A stretch of DNA of 63,535 bases, filler included, from Chiloscyllium plagiosum (GCF_004010195.1; 6 parts of one record of this genome joined end to end with filler, not necessarily neighbours in it), one strand, 5' to 3'; shown: positions 22,441 to 35,832, counted from the first letter of the whole stretch. The notes: generated by a model from the letters alone, not told the origin. Numbers and translations: made by a program.

Positions 22441-25400
22441 CCTCGCGTTTTTTATTGGAAAGTAGCTAGCTCCTTTCCTGGAAGTGTGTTGTGCAATACT
22501 GAATTCAGGGAGACTGGAGGACATTGAGCTAACGCTGCGTGAATTACAGGGCTTTATTCAGGGCGAATCTGGGTCTGTAACATGACCAACATCTGGAGGA
22601 GAAGTTGCAGCGAAGGGAGGCATGTAAAGATGAATGTGGATGGGTGGGATGCGGATGGGGGTAGACTTCCTGACGCTGATCAGATTTTCCAAGACAACAC
22701 TCCACCCTCAATCGAACTATCGAAGTCGGCTCGATCTACTCCTGTTTCGCAAGTTCAAAGGCTTCAAAGTAACATCAGAACTTAAGACTGTGGAGCACGA
22801 GAGATCCATTCCACCATATGGTACTACTCCACCAGTAAATAAGATCGTGGCTCATCTCACTGTGATCCCAGCTGCACATTTCTGAAAATAGTGCAGTATC
22901 TCAAACTCCTCTGTCTGTCGAATATCACATGAAGTCAACCTCATCATAATTTAAAGATTCAGCCGCCATAAACTTCTGGAAAAGCGAAATCCCACTTGAA
23001 TGAATTCACACTTTGTGAAATTCCACTCATCCCCTGTTCTGACTAATGTTGAGGGGTGACTAATTCCATTTCTAGTCCCACTTCTCCAATGGTCAGAACA
23101 GAATTTTCAATATAACAAGGTCGGTGATATGGCAAATGATATATGTCTCAGGCTGTGTCATGCTCAGTCATACCACTGATCAGGCAGATTTCTTCAGTCA
23201 CCTACAAATAATGGGTTCATTACTGGAATAACTTCCTCAATAAATCTGCGAAACCCAATGGCAACATGTTTGGATTGTCCAAACAGCGATCGACTATGCA
23301 CGGCATTTACTCTACTGAAGATTTTACATGATTAAATAAATTCGCTTCTCATTCGAAGGTAACATGTCAACGTTCATAACATAAGGCCTCAAATCCAAGA
23401 ATAAAAAAAGTTACATCCGAAGACAAAAACCATCTTTCAGAAAGTGTCCTCCAGATACGTTCTCAACCAGATTGGTTATAGCTACGTAAAACGTCGTTCC
23501 TACAGAGTTAATTGAGAATACAACTAGCGAGTACATTTTACATTGAATGTTGCTCTTCATAAATCATCTTCAGTTTTTGAAGAGATGAGGGGATTTATTT
23601 TATTACGTTAGAGATTTGCTTTTCTTTGGAGATCTCTTCCCCAGAGAGCACTGGAAGCAGAAACATTGAATTTTCTGAGGTACAGAGAGTCAGATAAATA
23701 AATACTGATGGAGTAGAGAATTATCGGATCATGAGCAGAAATGGGCAAACCGGGGAAAAATGCTTACTTTGGTCCCACAAACAAGCTGTGGATGATCAGA
23801 TCGTCCAGAAATATAAAATATGTGATAATGTGGAAACTATTTTTGATAAAATGAATTCATTATTGTCTCGGAGGATCACGGAGCTGCTTTTTGATTAGAG
23901 ACAGTCCACTCATGGTAATGTAACATATGTGTGACCGCACCTCGGATGAGTGGGTAGTTTGAGAAAGCTGGCCCATCATGGAAACTCCAGTAAGGGTGGG
24001 GAAATAAATGTGTGCTTTTGGCCTACCTCTGCATCACAAACGAACTGGACAGCCAACTGAGTTGTCAAGTATGAAATTGCTTGAGGCAAAAATGGTCAAA
24101 CACGCAAAAATAGAAACTTCGATTATAGTGAAGAAGTTACAAATCACATATCGTTCAAGATAACGGCTGAGGAGAAAAACATTCTGTACTAGAAATAGCA
24201 TATTTTAATGATGCAAGTTTTTAAATGCTCTCTTTGGCTGAATACAAGTAGAGCGAAGCGAATTAACCAGAACTACGAATTGTGATTATATATTAAACAC
24301 CATAAAAGAAGTGTCTATTTTTGATTGGTCTGTGTAGTGCGCTTAAGATTACATAAATGTTTAAAGCTGATGTAAATATTGTTTGAAGAGTCCGTGCTCA
24401 TGGGAACAATTTTCCGAAGACATGCTTGAAGCAAACCATGTTAAGCATGTGGAGTCGTTGCGTGGATGGGAAAGCAGGTGCAGAATGATGAGGGTAAAAG
24501 TTGCTGCATGCAGTGATGATATTACTGTCGCATGAGTCTTGTTCGGGTGTAGCTGTAACAGATACACAGTGACTGTGAAGGAGCAGAGGGAATAAGATAA
24601 AACTTGCTCTGACAGATTGGGGAAGGTGAATAAATCTTCTCCTGTTTGACTGGATATTTGTTCAGATAACAGTGTTAGCACTGAGCTGTGCGTGGTGAGC
24701 ACAGATCTTTCTCGGTGGGTCTGGTGGTGTGGCTTCCTCTTGGAAGAGAATAGTATCCTTCATAATAGCCCTTCCACTAAGTTCTCTGTGCCCATGCTGA
24801 CAAATCATGTTGCAATTGCCACTTGTCTGCCATGCTCTGGGTAAACTGTATAGAGCAGTTTCAATTTGAAAGATCTCAGTCGCATGCCAATTGCTCTTTT
24901 AAAGTTAGCACCAGTGCCAGGGATCACTGAATGTCCAGATATGATGTATGGGGGAATTGGGCTGAAATTGAATGAGTGGAACACCATGGGTGGGGTAGTT
25001 AGTTATTGAGGTGAGTTTAATAAGAAAGCAACAGGAAAATAACGCGGCCTCATGCAGATTATCCCTCTGTAACAGTCAATTCAAATGTCACTGAGACAAT
25101 TTAATTTTCGACTCAGCCCAATATGACATAGGCTCTCATGACTTCACTCCCAGTATCAAAGCTGCAGAACAAATGCTCATCCAATTCTGTCCATCATCTG
25201 AACTCCAACCAAAATTCTTTTCACGCATAATTCCTAGAAATACTGGGACATGCTGCAAGATGCTACCAAAAGGTCTTCATTTCAGCATTCTGAAACCTGT
25301 TGACCACATCCTTCCATGATGTTGATTCTCAATCTCTCTCTGTCTATTTCCAAACTCCGTCCCAGTCGTTGTTCTTTAACTAATATCCCAATATTTATCT

Positions 25401-25629
25401 CAGGCAGTAATTTTCACACTCACAGCTCCCCTTCTCATCGCACAATGGAGATATGGAGCTGTAAATGGATGGCAACCACACATCCCGTCACTTCCAGCAT
25501 AGGCTTTTCCACGCTGGGCAGCGATCTAACTCAGTATAATCGAACAATGTACTGTTTTGGTGTACACAGCTGTATATGCTTGGAGAATAACTGCGCCAAA
25601 CTCACTGATCAAATCGGATTGATTGATTG

Positions 25630-27000
25630 ATTTTTGGCACGTGTACCGAAGTACAGTGAAAAGCGTTGTGTATGAGCAGTACTGACAGATTTTTGCAAGC
25701 AAGGATGTGCAGCTCAGAAAGAGTGCGACAGAGGCATGCAAGGTATATTTCACACGGAGTGCACTCGGCAAGAACAATGCTAGTCAGTTCAGCATTATAT
25801 GAAGCTGGAAACTCTATTCATCTGAACAATAGTCACTGAAAATAAGCTGGTCGGGATCCTGCTGCTGCAAGTTCCCTATCTTCTGTCTGATGGGTGAGGT
25901 TGTAGGCGATCATTGTTGGAGTGCAATGGGCCTTGGATGATGGTGGCAGCCTTTGCACGGTAGCGAGCTGTGTAGTGTACTCCATGGATGGAAGGTTGGC
26001 TTCTGGTGTTTGTCTATTTTGTGCGCACCAAACTCTGTAATTGCGTACTGTCCTGGGCACAGTTGGCATACCAGGCCATTATGCATCTGGACTATAAGCA
26101 TTCAATGGCGAATTCGTAAAAATTGCTGAGGGTCCTCATGGACATGCCAAATTTCCTGTGCGGACGGAGGAAGAAGAACCGTCGTTTTGCCATCTTAAAC
26201 GTCTCATCTCCAAAGAAAGGGAATAAAAGATTGTTGTTCTCGTCACTTTGAGGAACCTGACGCTTCCCACCCTCACAACCTCAGCTCTGTTGATGTAGAT
26301 CGTGCGTGAATTCAACTATCAGTCATTTGTTTTTGCCGACATTAAGAGAGAAGTTGTTCCCATTGCACATGTCACCAAACCGTTTTCTTCCCTTCCGTAT
26401 TTCGACTTACCATCTTTCTTATTACAGTGGTCTTACCAGCAAAATTGAGGATGTGTTCGCTTGGAATTTCTAAGCACTGTCATGGGTGTAACGGGGAGTA
26501 CAGTGGGAGCTGGGGACGTAGGTTTGGCGGGTGTGGGAAGCTCGAGCTTTTCGTGTTATCGTGGAGGATGTGCAGCTGTCTATATTCACTGATTGCGGTC
26601 TGTGTGTTGAGAAAGTAGAGTATCCAGCTGCAAGAGGATGGAGTCAAGGCCAAGGAAAAGGAGTTTGAGATCAGTCTGGAGGGTATAATGGTGTTGAATT
26701 TGGAGCTGTACTCATTGCACATGGATCTGACATAGATGTCGTTATTGTCCAGTTGTTCCGGGGATCAGCGCAGGGCTGGGGATACAGCATCCACTGTGGT
26801 ACTGTTCCGTCGATAGGTAAGTTGCAGAGGACCAAGGCAGACTGAGTGACTGGACTTGTTGAGGGCTAGGACCAGCATCTTGAAGCACTTCAGGATTATT
26901 GATTTCAGAGGTGCTGGGCGGGAATGATTAAAGCACATTCTGTTTGCTTTGTTGTGTACCGCGATGTTGGTGGTCTCCTTGGAGCAGTTTGGGTCTGGTG
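25630..27000 (-). mobile_element. Rex1/Babar LINE, paralogue of 5340-6620, with 3' tail
   Basis: LGPLQLTYRRNSTTVDAVS; EYSSKFNTIIPSRLIS..SWILYFL; tail followed by (gatt)n. Confidence 0.85.
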
Positions 27001-27144
27001 TGCACTGCAAAGAGCCATATCTTGGGCAGATACCTCACCTCGGATTCGAGATTAATGCACTATTATGCTTTGCATAGTGGGAAGAGTACCGTCTTGTATC
27101 TTCCCAAGTCTGCAAAATGCTCCATGCTGAACAAATATCGCAAC

Positions 27145-27485
27145 TGGTTTGTGATATTATCGTTAGGCTATTTATCCTAAGATCTAGGTAATGCTCTCGG
27201 GACCTGAGTTAGAATCCTGCCATGCCAGAAAAACGAATTGAAATTCAAGGAAATGCTGGAAAAACAATAGTCAGCTGATGGCTATCAATCCTTTGTCGAT
27301 TGTGAAGAGAAAAGTATCTGGCTCACTAATGTCCGTTAGGGAAGGAAATTGCGATCATTGCCTGGTATGGCTGACATGCATGCCTAGACAATATAGACGT
27401 TTCTTAACTATGCTCTGGCTAATTAGTTATGGGCAATAAATTCTGGATCAGCCAGTGATACCTAATCATGTGAGCGAATAAAAAC
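27145..27485 (+). mobile_element. tRNA-derived SINE, paralogue of 6780-7122
   Basis: Direct alignment, including the upstream junction. Confidence 0.65.
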
Positions 27486-27489
27486 TAGG

Positions 27490-27568
27490 TCTAGATTAGA
27501 GTGGTGCTGGAAAAGCACAGCAGGTCAGGCAACATCCGAGGAGCAGTTAAATCGATGTTTCGGGCGTT
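27490..27568 (-). mobile_element. Penelope pseudo-LTR fragment
   Basis: agattagagtggtgctggaaaagcacagcaggtcaggcaacatccgaggagcag, as at 38695-38750. Confidence 0.8.
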
Positions 27569-27569
27569 T

Positions 27570-28370
27570 GCCTCTCCCGATAGCTCAAATCCCCCAACCC
27601 TGGCAACATCGTTGTAACTCTTTCATGAACCCTTTCAAGTTTCACAACATTCTTCCATTTGAAAAGGGAGCAGTATTGCATGCAATATTCCAAACGTGGC
27701 CAAAACATGACCTCCCAACTCCTACACTCAACACTCTGAACAATAAAGGAAAATATAACAAACACCTTAATCACTATGCTATCTACCTGCGACTTTACTT
27801 TCAAGGAACTATGAACCTGCGCTCCAAGGTCTCTTTGATCAACAACACTCACAGGAACATAACATCAGCATAAAATCCGACTCTGATTTGTTTTCCCAAA
27901 ATGTAGCATCAATCTATTGGCCCGTTTCATCAAGAATCCATGTACTCTGATGTATACTTCTTCGCTGTCCACGGCACCTCTAATTTTCGTGTCATCGGCA
28001 AATTTACTAACTATACCTCCTATTTTCAAATCCAAATCTTTTATACAAAAGTAAAGCAGTGGATCCAGCAGCGATCCTTGCGGCACGCCAATCGTCAGAG
28101 GCCTCCAGTCTTAAAAGTTACCCTCTTCCACCACCTTCTGTCTACTACTTTCGAGCCAGTTCTGCATCCAGATAATTAGTTATCCCTGTATTCCATGAGG
28201 TCTAACGTTACGAACCAGTCTATCATGAGGAACCTTGCCAAACGCCTTACTGAAGTCCATATAGATCACGTCCACCACTCTGCCCACTTTGTTACTTCTT
28301 CAAAATGTATCAAGCAAGTTCATGAGACATGATTGTCCACGCACAAAGCAATGTTAACTATCCCTAATCA
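27570..28370 (-). mobile_element. CR1 LINE, paralogue of 8158-9205
   Basis: MPQGSLLDPLL..VSKFADDTKIRG; RLEYCMQYCS. Confidence 0.85.
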
Positions 28371-29264
28371 GTCATTTTCTTTATACCTGAAGTAGATTAT
28401 TTTGAATAAAAAAAATTGTGAACGGTGGAGATACATTCTTTTAAAACAAGGTTTCTTTCAACGTACACAATAAGTGTTGCTGTTGTGTTGTGCACTCTCC
28501 TGCTTGTGTTTATACTACAGCTGGTTTGGAGAAGTGTTTTGTTTTATCTGGTTCGGGTGAAGAGTGGTCTGCTATAAACAAGCTGTCTTGCAGTAAAGCT
28601 TGCTACGTCTGGCTGATCGCTCCCATTGTCGAAAAAAATCCCTTTCCACGAGTTCGGGTTANNNNNNNNNNNNNNNNNNNNNNNNNNNNNNNNNNNNNNN
28701 NNNNNNNNNNNNNNNNNNNNNNNNNNNNNNNNNNNNNNNNNNNNNNNNNNNNNNNNNNNNNNNNNNNNNNNNNNNNNNNNNNNNNNNNNNNNNNNNNNNN
28801 NNNNNNNNNNNNNNNNNNNNNNNNNNNNNNNNNNNNNNNNNNNNNNNNNNNNNNNNNNNNNNNNNNNNNNNNNNNNNNNNNNNNNNNNNNNNNNNNNNNN
28901 NNNNNNNNNNNNNNNNNNNNNNNNNNNNNNNNNNNNNNNNNNNNNNNNNNNNNNNNNNNNNNNNNNNNNNNNNNNNNNNNNNNNNNNNNNNNNNNNNNNN
29001 NNNNNNNNNNNNNNNNNNNNNNNNNNNNNNNNNNNNNNNNNNNNNNNNNNNNNNNNNNNNNNNNNNNNNNNNNNNNNNNNNNNNNNNNNNNNNNNNNNNN
29101 NNNNNNNNNNNNNNNNNNNNNNNNNNNNNNNNNNNNNNNNNNNNNNNNNNNNNNNNNNNNNCATTCTCGGTTGAGAAATTGGGAACTGGCTAGATGAATT
29201 GTAATTAGGGAAGAGAGAGGGTTTAAGTGACAGACGTGGGGGTTATAAACCAGTTCTCGGTAGC

Positions 29265-29820
29265 CATAAGACCATAAGACACTGGAGCGAAATTATCTAA
29301 ACTCGGCGCATCGAGTCTTTTTTGATATTCAACCATAGCTGATATTTTCCTGATTTCTCCACGTAACCCATGATCCCATTGGCAATCAAGAATTATCTCT
29401 GTTTTAAATATACTCAATGACCTACACTCCACAGCCTTCTGTGGCAAGTAATTCCATAGATTCACAACACCCTGGGTAAAGAAGTTTCTCTTTATCTCCA
29501 TTCTAAAGGGTATTTATTTTACTCTTAATCTGTGCCCTCGGGTCCTCATCTCTCCTACCAATGGGAACGTCTCTCCAACGTCCACTCTGTCCAGCCCGCT
29601 CATTGTTTTGTAAGTTTTAATCACATCACCGTCATCCTTTTAAACTCCATCAAGTATAGTTGCAGAGTCCTCAAATTTTCCTCACATGTTAAGCCTGTCA
29701 TTTGTACAAGCATTCTTGTGAAGCTCCACTGGGCCCGGTCCAGGACCAATACAGTCTTCCTGCGGTACGGGGACTAAGATTGCTCGCAATATTCCAAATG
29801 TGGTACAAACCTGTAACGTT
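29265..29820 (-). mobile_element. CR1 LINE 3' end
   Basis: EIKRNFFTQGVVNLWNYLPQKAVE; tail (cttatggt)n. Confidence 0.85.
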
Positions 29821-30004
29821 TTGCTACTTGGATGGAGCCCGGAGGTCAATATCAGAAGGTTTCTGGCTGTCTCTGTCTCACTATGTGTGGGAGAGTGTGG
29901 GTACTGCTGGAATATCAATGCCTGTTTTAAACCTTTACCATTCCCCTCCCTGAAGCAGCCCCAGGGATTATGAGAAACCATGGAGATAGAGAGAGAAGGA
30001 GGCA

Positions 30005-30016
30005 GAGAGAGAGAGG

Positions 30017-30079
<63 letters not shown>
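30005..30079 (+). repeat. (GA)n microsatellite
   Basis: Directly visible; pyrimidine-rich (30160-30570) and purine-rich (31510-32460) low-complexity tracts lie nearby. Confidence 0.95.
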
Positions 30080-30081
<2 letters not shown>

Positions 30082-31185
30082 GTGATATACAGAAATGGTG
30101 AGTATTTCTTCTTCACACTCTATGTTTTTTCTGGACTCCTGAACTGCTGAGTGACCACTCCTCCCTTCCTCTCCTGTTCTATTTGTTTCTCTCTCTCTCT
30201 TTTCACTATGTGCCTTTATCTTTTTGTTCACATTCTCGCCTTTGTCTCTCTTTTGTTCCTTCTTTCTTCTATTCCCTCTTTCTTTGTCTCTTCCCCTCCT
30301 GTGTAACTATCGTCCACAAACCCGACTCTTCACTCTTTTTGTTTCGTACTCTTTCTCTTTTCTTGCTTTGTGTCTCTGACTGTTTCTCTGAGTTTCTACT
30401 CTTCACTCCATTTTGCTTTTTTTTTCTCTCTTTGTCTCTATCTCTCAGTTGTAGCACTGGCTCTTTTTCACCATCAGCTTTTCATTTCATTCTTTTCTGT
30501 TCACACTGGCGTATCCAGGTGTTTACTCTCCCTGCCTTCCTCTCCCTGTCCCTTAACATTTTTTCTCCATCCTAAATTGCCGAAATTGGCACACCCTAAA
30601 ATATTTGCCCGGCCAAATATAGCCCTCAGAATTTTGAGAACCCATTTACCCCTTCATTTCACTTTCTTCCCGCTCAATTTCTTGCCACCCGATACATCCT
30701 ACTAAAAGTATCACTGACTCACGTTGCTCCGTTTTACACTCCCGGAGCTGTGTCCGCAAATTTGGCCCACCTTTGCAGTATTGTAACACATACCCAAATA
30801 CCATGCCTCAAAACAACATCGTACCCTCAAATATTGCTCTCCGTGCACACAAACATTTCCCCCACCTTCACAAATACTTTCCACTCAAACACGAGATTCC
30901 CCAAGCATTGCCCAAAACGTTTTAGCTTTCATTCCAATTGTGGACATTCCATTTTGTCTCCTCTAATATTCTCCTCCTTCAACACAGATCTTTGCACCTG
31001 ATCGAGGGAGGGACAAAAACGATGGAGGGAGAGATAGAAGGAATTCAATAGGAGATAAGAGGGATAGACGGACAGAGGGTAACAAAATCTGTGGGGAGAA
31101 TGACAGGCAGGGATAGTGAGATTGAGAGAGGAACAAGCAGAGGATAGGAAAGAACGAAACAGATTGATGGGGAATTGAAATTAGG

Positions 31186-31500
31186 ACATAGAACATAGAA
31201 GAATACAGCGCAGTACAGGCCCTTCGGCCCTCGATGTTGCGCCGATCCAAGCCCACCTAACCTACACTAGCCCAGTATCCTCCATATGCCTATCCTATGC
31301 CCGCTTAAATGCCCATAATGAAGGAGAGTCCACCACTGCGACTGGCAGGGCATTCCATGAACTCACGACTCGCTGAGTAAAGAACCTACCCCTAACATCT
31401 GTCCTATACCTACCCCCCTTAATTTAAAGTTATGCCCTCTTGGAATAGCTGACTCCATACGTGGAAAAAGATTCTCACTGTCGACCCTATCTAAACCCCT
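31186..31500 (-). mobile_element. Young 5'-truncated CR1 3' end
   Basis: GLDRVDSENLFPRMESAIPRGHNFKLRG; tail (ttctatg)n. Confidence 0.9.
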
Positions 31501-32460
31501 AAAATTGCAAGGGAAATTGGCACGGAGGGACAGACAAAAACGTAAGGATGCACAGAGGGAGGGAGTGATGGAAGGGAGAGTGAGAGAGAAGGATAGACGC
31601 AGGGAGGGGAAAAGAGAGAGAGAGAGTGACAGGAACAGACCGAGATGGAGATTGAGGGACAGCGGGAGGATCCAATTGCAATATCTATACAACTGCCCTG
31701 ATATTGAGTCAAAATCTGCCTTCAGTGAGTGAAAAATAGCGATAGAGAGATGCTGGCCGAGAGAGTATGAACCCCCCAAGGAGACAGACATAGAGATAGA
31801 GAGAGACAGGCAGACCATGGAAACCCAGGGAGGCTGGGACTGAGAGATAGAGACACATACGCAGAGAGAGAGAGTGAAATCCCTTGTGGGGGCCAGAGAG
31901 AGAGAGAGAGATAGAAGGGTAGAGTGAGAGAGACTGAAATCTCGGGAGAGAGAAAGAAAAAATCGAGGGAGCGAAATATTGTCGGGAAGAGACACATAGG
32001 TGAGGAGACCTAGAGATAGAAACAGAGGGATAGATAATTGGGAACAGAACGATCCTCGAGAGAGATGGAAGGACAGACAAGCAAGAAAGAAACCAAAACA
32101 GAAGTAGTGTGAAACCCCGGGCTGGGAAAGAAAGGACAGACAAATACAGAGAAAGATACGAAAAGAGAGAACAATCAGAGAGAGACGGAAAGGAAGCAGT
32201 GTGAAAAGTATCCCAGGGTGAGAGACAAAACGAAAAGAAACAGGGGAGAGGCAGAGAAAAAGAGAACAGAAAGTCTCACGCAGAGACACAGACGCACAGA
32301 CAGAGAGAAAGAGAGAGAGGTCCCATTGAGAAAAATAAAAACAGCAGAGAAAGAAAGAAAAATATATCCAAGGAGAGAGACTGACAGGGACACAGTATTA
32401 AATCCCAGGCAGAGAACGGGAAATGACAGAGAGAGAGAACGAGCGAGAGAGAGAGAGAGA

Positions 32461-34189
32461 GGCCTTGATGAAAGGCCTTGTTCAACACATCGACTCTCCT
32501 GATACTCTGATGCTACAGGACCTGTTGTGCTGTGTCTGGCGCCACAGCTTACTCACTCTAACTGTATAGCATGTTCAGCGCTCATGGTCTCCGAGTTAAT
32601 GAAAACCAAACCGTGCAGAATATTCCAAGGATGCCCACCTTTAGCAGTTTTTCCTCCTTCCTACGCCAGGATGTCAATGAATTTCTCGCCGACCGCAACC
32701 CCCTTGTCATTTCTTCTGCCCTGAAACTCTTCAACAATTTCTAAAAGAAAATGCGGTTCCTACAGCTACATCTCCTTTCTTAGCACCTGCCTAAGAAATC
32801 GAGATAACCCCATAGTTTCCAGAAAATATTCAAAACATTTCAATTTGTATTAATTTGGAACAACCACTACCAACAGCAAATCCACAACCTGCAGGCACAA
32901 TTCTCCCTTCGGATCCTCAGCTACAAACTAACTGCCACACACCGACACCTACTTTCCTCACAGTCATCCCGTCCGCAGCTCAGCGACGCACACTTCCAAG
33001 CCTTCATCCTGAGAAAGAACCACAAACTTAACAAACGCTTTTTCTCCAGCTTATCAAGTATCAAGGAACGTTATTAAGCCAAACTATCTCGAAGTTACCT
33101 CCAAATGTCTCCATATGCCATTAACCTCATGGCTGCTTAAGCTGCCTCCTCCCCCGCAGCCAACCACGTCACTGCTGCGAGCAATGCATAAAAGTCCACT
33201 CTTGTGGATACCATTTCGACTCACACAGGTACAACCGACATTACTTCTGCAACCAGTGATTACATCATTAGCCCGACAGGCATCTCTTTCACCAAAACTG
33301 TTGATCGTGCGGATGACAATTGGTCATGTGACTGTTGACAAAACTACCAATCACATAACCGCTTCCATGCTTACGTCTGCTCTAGAGACAATATCCAACG
33401 CCATTCCCAACCCCAGCCCTACACTAGGATCCAGGCTCCATCACTACTGGGTATTCACAAGCATCCACCGACCTCGACCCGTCTGAGGAAGAACCATCAG
33501 TTCTCAGTAAAGCTCTCAGGTTCATGTCATTCGCATCCCCATGTCAAAGAACGCCACATGGTTGAAATCATTTTCCATCACCTCCGCACTTACTTTATCA
33601 ATTGTGACTCCGACCCCACCATCAATCACAATTGTCCGTCCTCAAACAGACTTAATCTTCTTGGAAATCGCAGTCACTCTCTGGATAATACCGCTAACTC
33701 ATCGCGCCAGCGATCTCGGTTCGATTCCATCCTTGGGTGATTGCGGGCGTTTGGACATTCCCCCCTAGTTTGCGTGGGTTAAATTCTACAATCCAAATGT
33801 ATACAGGTTAGGTGAATTGACCATATTAAAATTGTCCATTGTGTTCAGGGATGTTTAGCATCGGTGCGCTACTCAGTGGTTAATGTACAGTAGTGAGAGA
33901 ATGGGCCTGGGTGGATAACTGTTTGGAGAGTTAATGTGGACTTGTTGGGTCAAACTGACTATCTCCACACTGTAGGGACTCTAAGTATTCGAAGTATTGC
34001 GCTTCCTCGACCTCTTAATCTCCATCTACCGTGAAGTCTTCATCAATGGTCACATCCACACTATCTCTCCAAACTTCCATCCTCCCAAAAATGCATGTCC
34101 TCTCAAACTCCTTTCCCCACCCCTAACCCCTTCCCCTCAAGCCCCACAACTCTCCCCTTCCCAACCTCCCGCTTCCCTGCTCCCGCCCC
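32461..34189 (+). mobile_element. Decayed Penelope-like (Neptune-type) element: pseudo-LTR, ORF N-terminus and remnants
   Basis: Pseudo-LTR at 32461-32590, SSALKLFNN..YISFLSTCLRN, VFT..LDPSEEEPSVLSKAL (cf. LSKGL.F.P). Confidence 0.7.
33690..33985 (+). mobile_element. Diverged HE1-type V-SINE nested in the Penelope element
   Basis: ggttcgattcca..ggacattccccctagtttgcgtgggtt..ggttaggtgaattgaccat..ggacttgttggg..ccacactgtaggg. Confidence 0.75.
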
Positions 34190-34290
34190 NNNNNNNNNNN
34201 NNNNNNNNNNNNNNNNNNNNNNNNNNNNNNNNNTTAATTAATTAANNNNNNNNNNNNNNNNNNNNNNNNNNNNNNNNNNNNNNNNNNNNA

Positions 34291-34391
34291 GCTTGGTCAC
34301 AGGTTGAGTCCTGGATATGTGAGGTGACAGCATTCAATGTGAATGCCCAGCTGAGTTGGAAGGAGGTCAACGACCTACTCCACCCCACCAG
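34291..34391 (+). pseudogene. Myb/SANT-like DNA-binding domain exon relic (Harbinger accessory gene type)
   Basis: AWSQVESWICEVTAFNVNAQLSWKEVNDLLHPTR followed by CAG|GTAAGT; fits the AWxxVAxxVSA..RxxxQCRKKxNDL pattern. Confidence 0.55.
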
Positions 34392-34813
34392 GTAAGTGCC
34401 ACAATCTGCACTTCGTGAACTCACAATCACTCTATTTCTGCTACTTCAATATGCTCCAACCAAGGTTCATATTCCTGCACTCACACGACTGAATGCAGCA
34501 TCTTCTCTCGTTCTCTCTCTAAGCTCTTCTCTGTCCCTCTTCCCAACTCTGCCAGCCACCTGTGCCGCCTACTGACTAGCTCAGGACAACTCACCAACTT
34601 TCCACCAGCTGTACAAGTGATAACAGCTGTACCATCCACTTCCATTACCCTTAATCCCTCGAGGGAATTCTCAGATTCCAGCAGGAATCATCCAAAAAGT
34701 TATCCTTTACGGGAAAGTGCCATGACCCTCAAATCCACGATGGGTTGACTGATAGTGTCCAAGCCTGCGACTGGTATCTGCGAGTACCCTTGACTCACGA
34801 TGCTGGGCACCTT

Positions 34814-35832
34814 TGGTGCGACACAGCGGTGAACCCTTCTGCTATTAAACCAAACACCACTAAATGCTCACCGTGCCTCGTAATGTGTTAAGGTGTGAGT
34901 GGTGGAAAAGTCTCAAATTGCACTACCTAAAGGAAAACAAAATCAATTGATCCTGTACCTCTAAAAGTGAACTATTACTACTCTCAGCCTCCTTTATCTA
35001 AAATGTTTGTTATCTACCTCCAGCACTTTAACAATATTGTGTTCCAATGAATGCCTCTATTAAAATTACATCACCTTAACTTTCAAAACCTTGCAGTAGC
35101 TGTCGTCTCTGGGGTCTGTAGTCTTCGGTATTTTCCCACAATATTGTTTTATATGAACTTTCATAGACAGTCTTGAATGGCAGTCTCTCAATGTCAGTTA
35201 TTCTGTCTGGCTGACACTCAAAGTGCCAGTTTCTTCATACCTAAATCATTGGATTATTTCATTGGTCCGATGTTGACGAAAAAGAATCAATTCACATTCG
35301 ATTGGGTGTTAGTACCTTGTGGCATAATATGTTCTGATTGGTTAAGTTCAAAATGTTGTAAAACTGAGCAACCAAAACTCAGGTATTTGTTTCACAGCCA
35401 AATGCTACATATTTTCAAATTTCCAGCACAGTCTGAGAGTGCTAGTCAGTCACACGTCAGGTCTCTGCACACTCTCAGTATAGAAGAACCGTAACTCTGT
35501 CTTAAATGTACAGTACATCGTTTCAACTTCATAACACCTCCCCTTAAGAAAGCAAAATGTACCACCATAATGAAAAGTTGGCTTTTTTCTTAACTTCAGT
35601 ACAAAGAAATACGTAAGACATTTGTCAATATTCATATTAATTTCTGCATACAAATATACATAACATTGGTATCTGTTCAATCTTATCGATACTTTATCCG
35701 TTAATTCCACGATAATTCATGTGATATCACATTCTTACAATATTTAAAGTAAAAGTCTGTAACATATGACTCCAACGGAATAGTCTCTTACTCTTACCTT
35801 TAAATCGTTCCAGTAAAGTAAGAAAATTGTGA
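34814..35832 (-). mobile_element. Gypsy LTR (family B, 34814-35536) with polypurine tract and 3' internal sequence
   Basis: Minus strand TCTTAAGGGGAGG|TGTTATGAAG gives PPT plus LTR start; homologous to 50933-51630. Confidence 0.7.

Noticed and set aside
24361..24760. Possible Harbinger transposase N-terminus (EDLFTFPNLSEQ); similar hint at 2080-2170
   Set aside because: Similarity is too weak to support by eye; needs an HMM search.
24805..24987. Possible second GPCR exon 1 next to the duplicated block (LLYTVYP)
   Set aside because: No sequon repeats, no hydrophobic TM1 and no donor site.
31363..32289. 308-aa Leu/Ser/Phe-rich ORF resembling a membrane protein
   Set aside because: It is the translation of a CT-rich low-complexity strand running into a CR1 tail.
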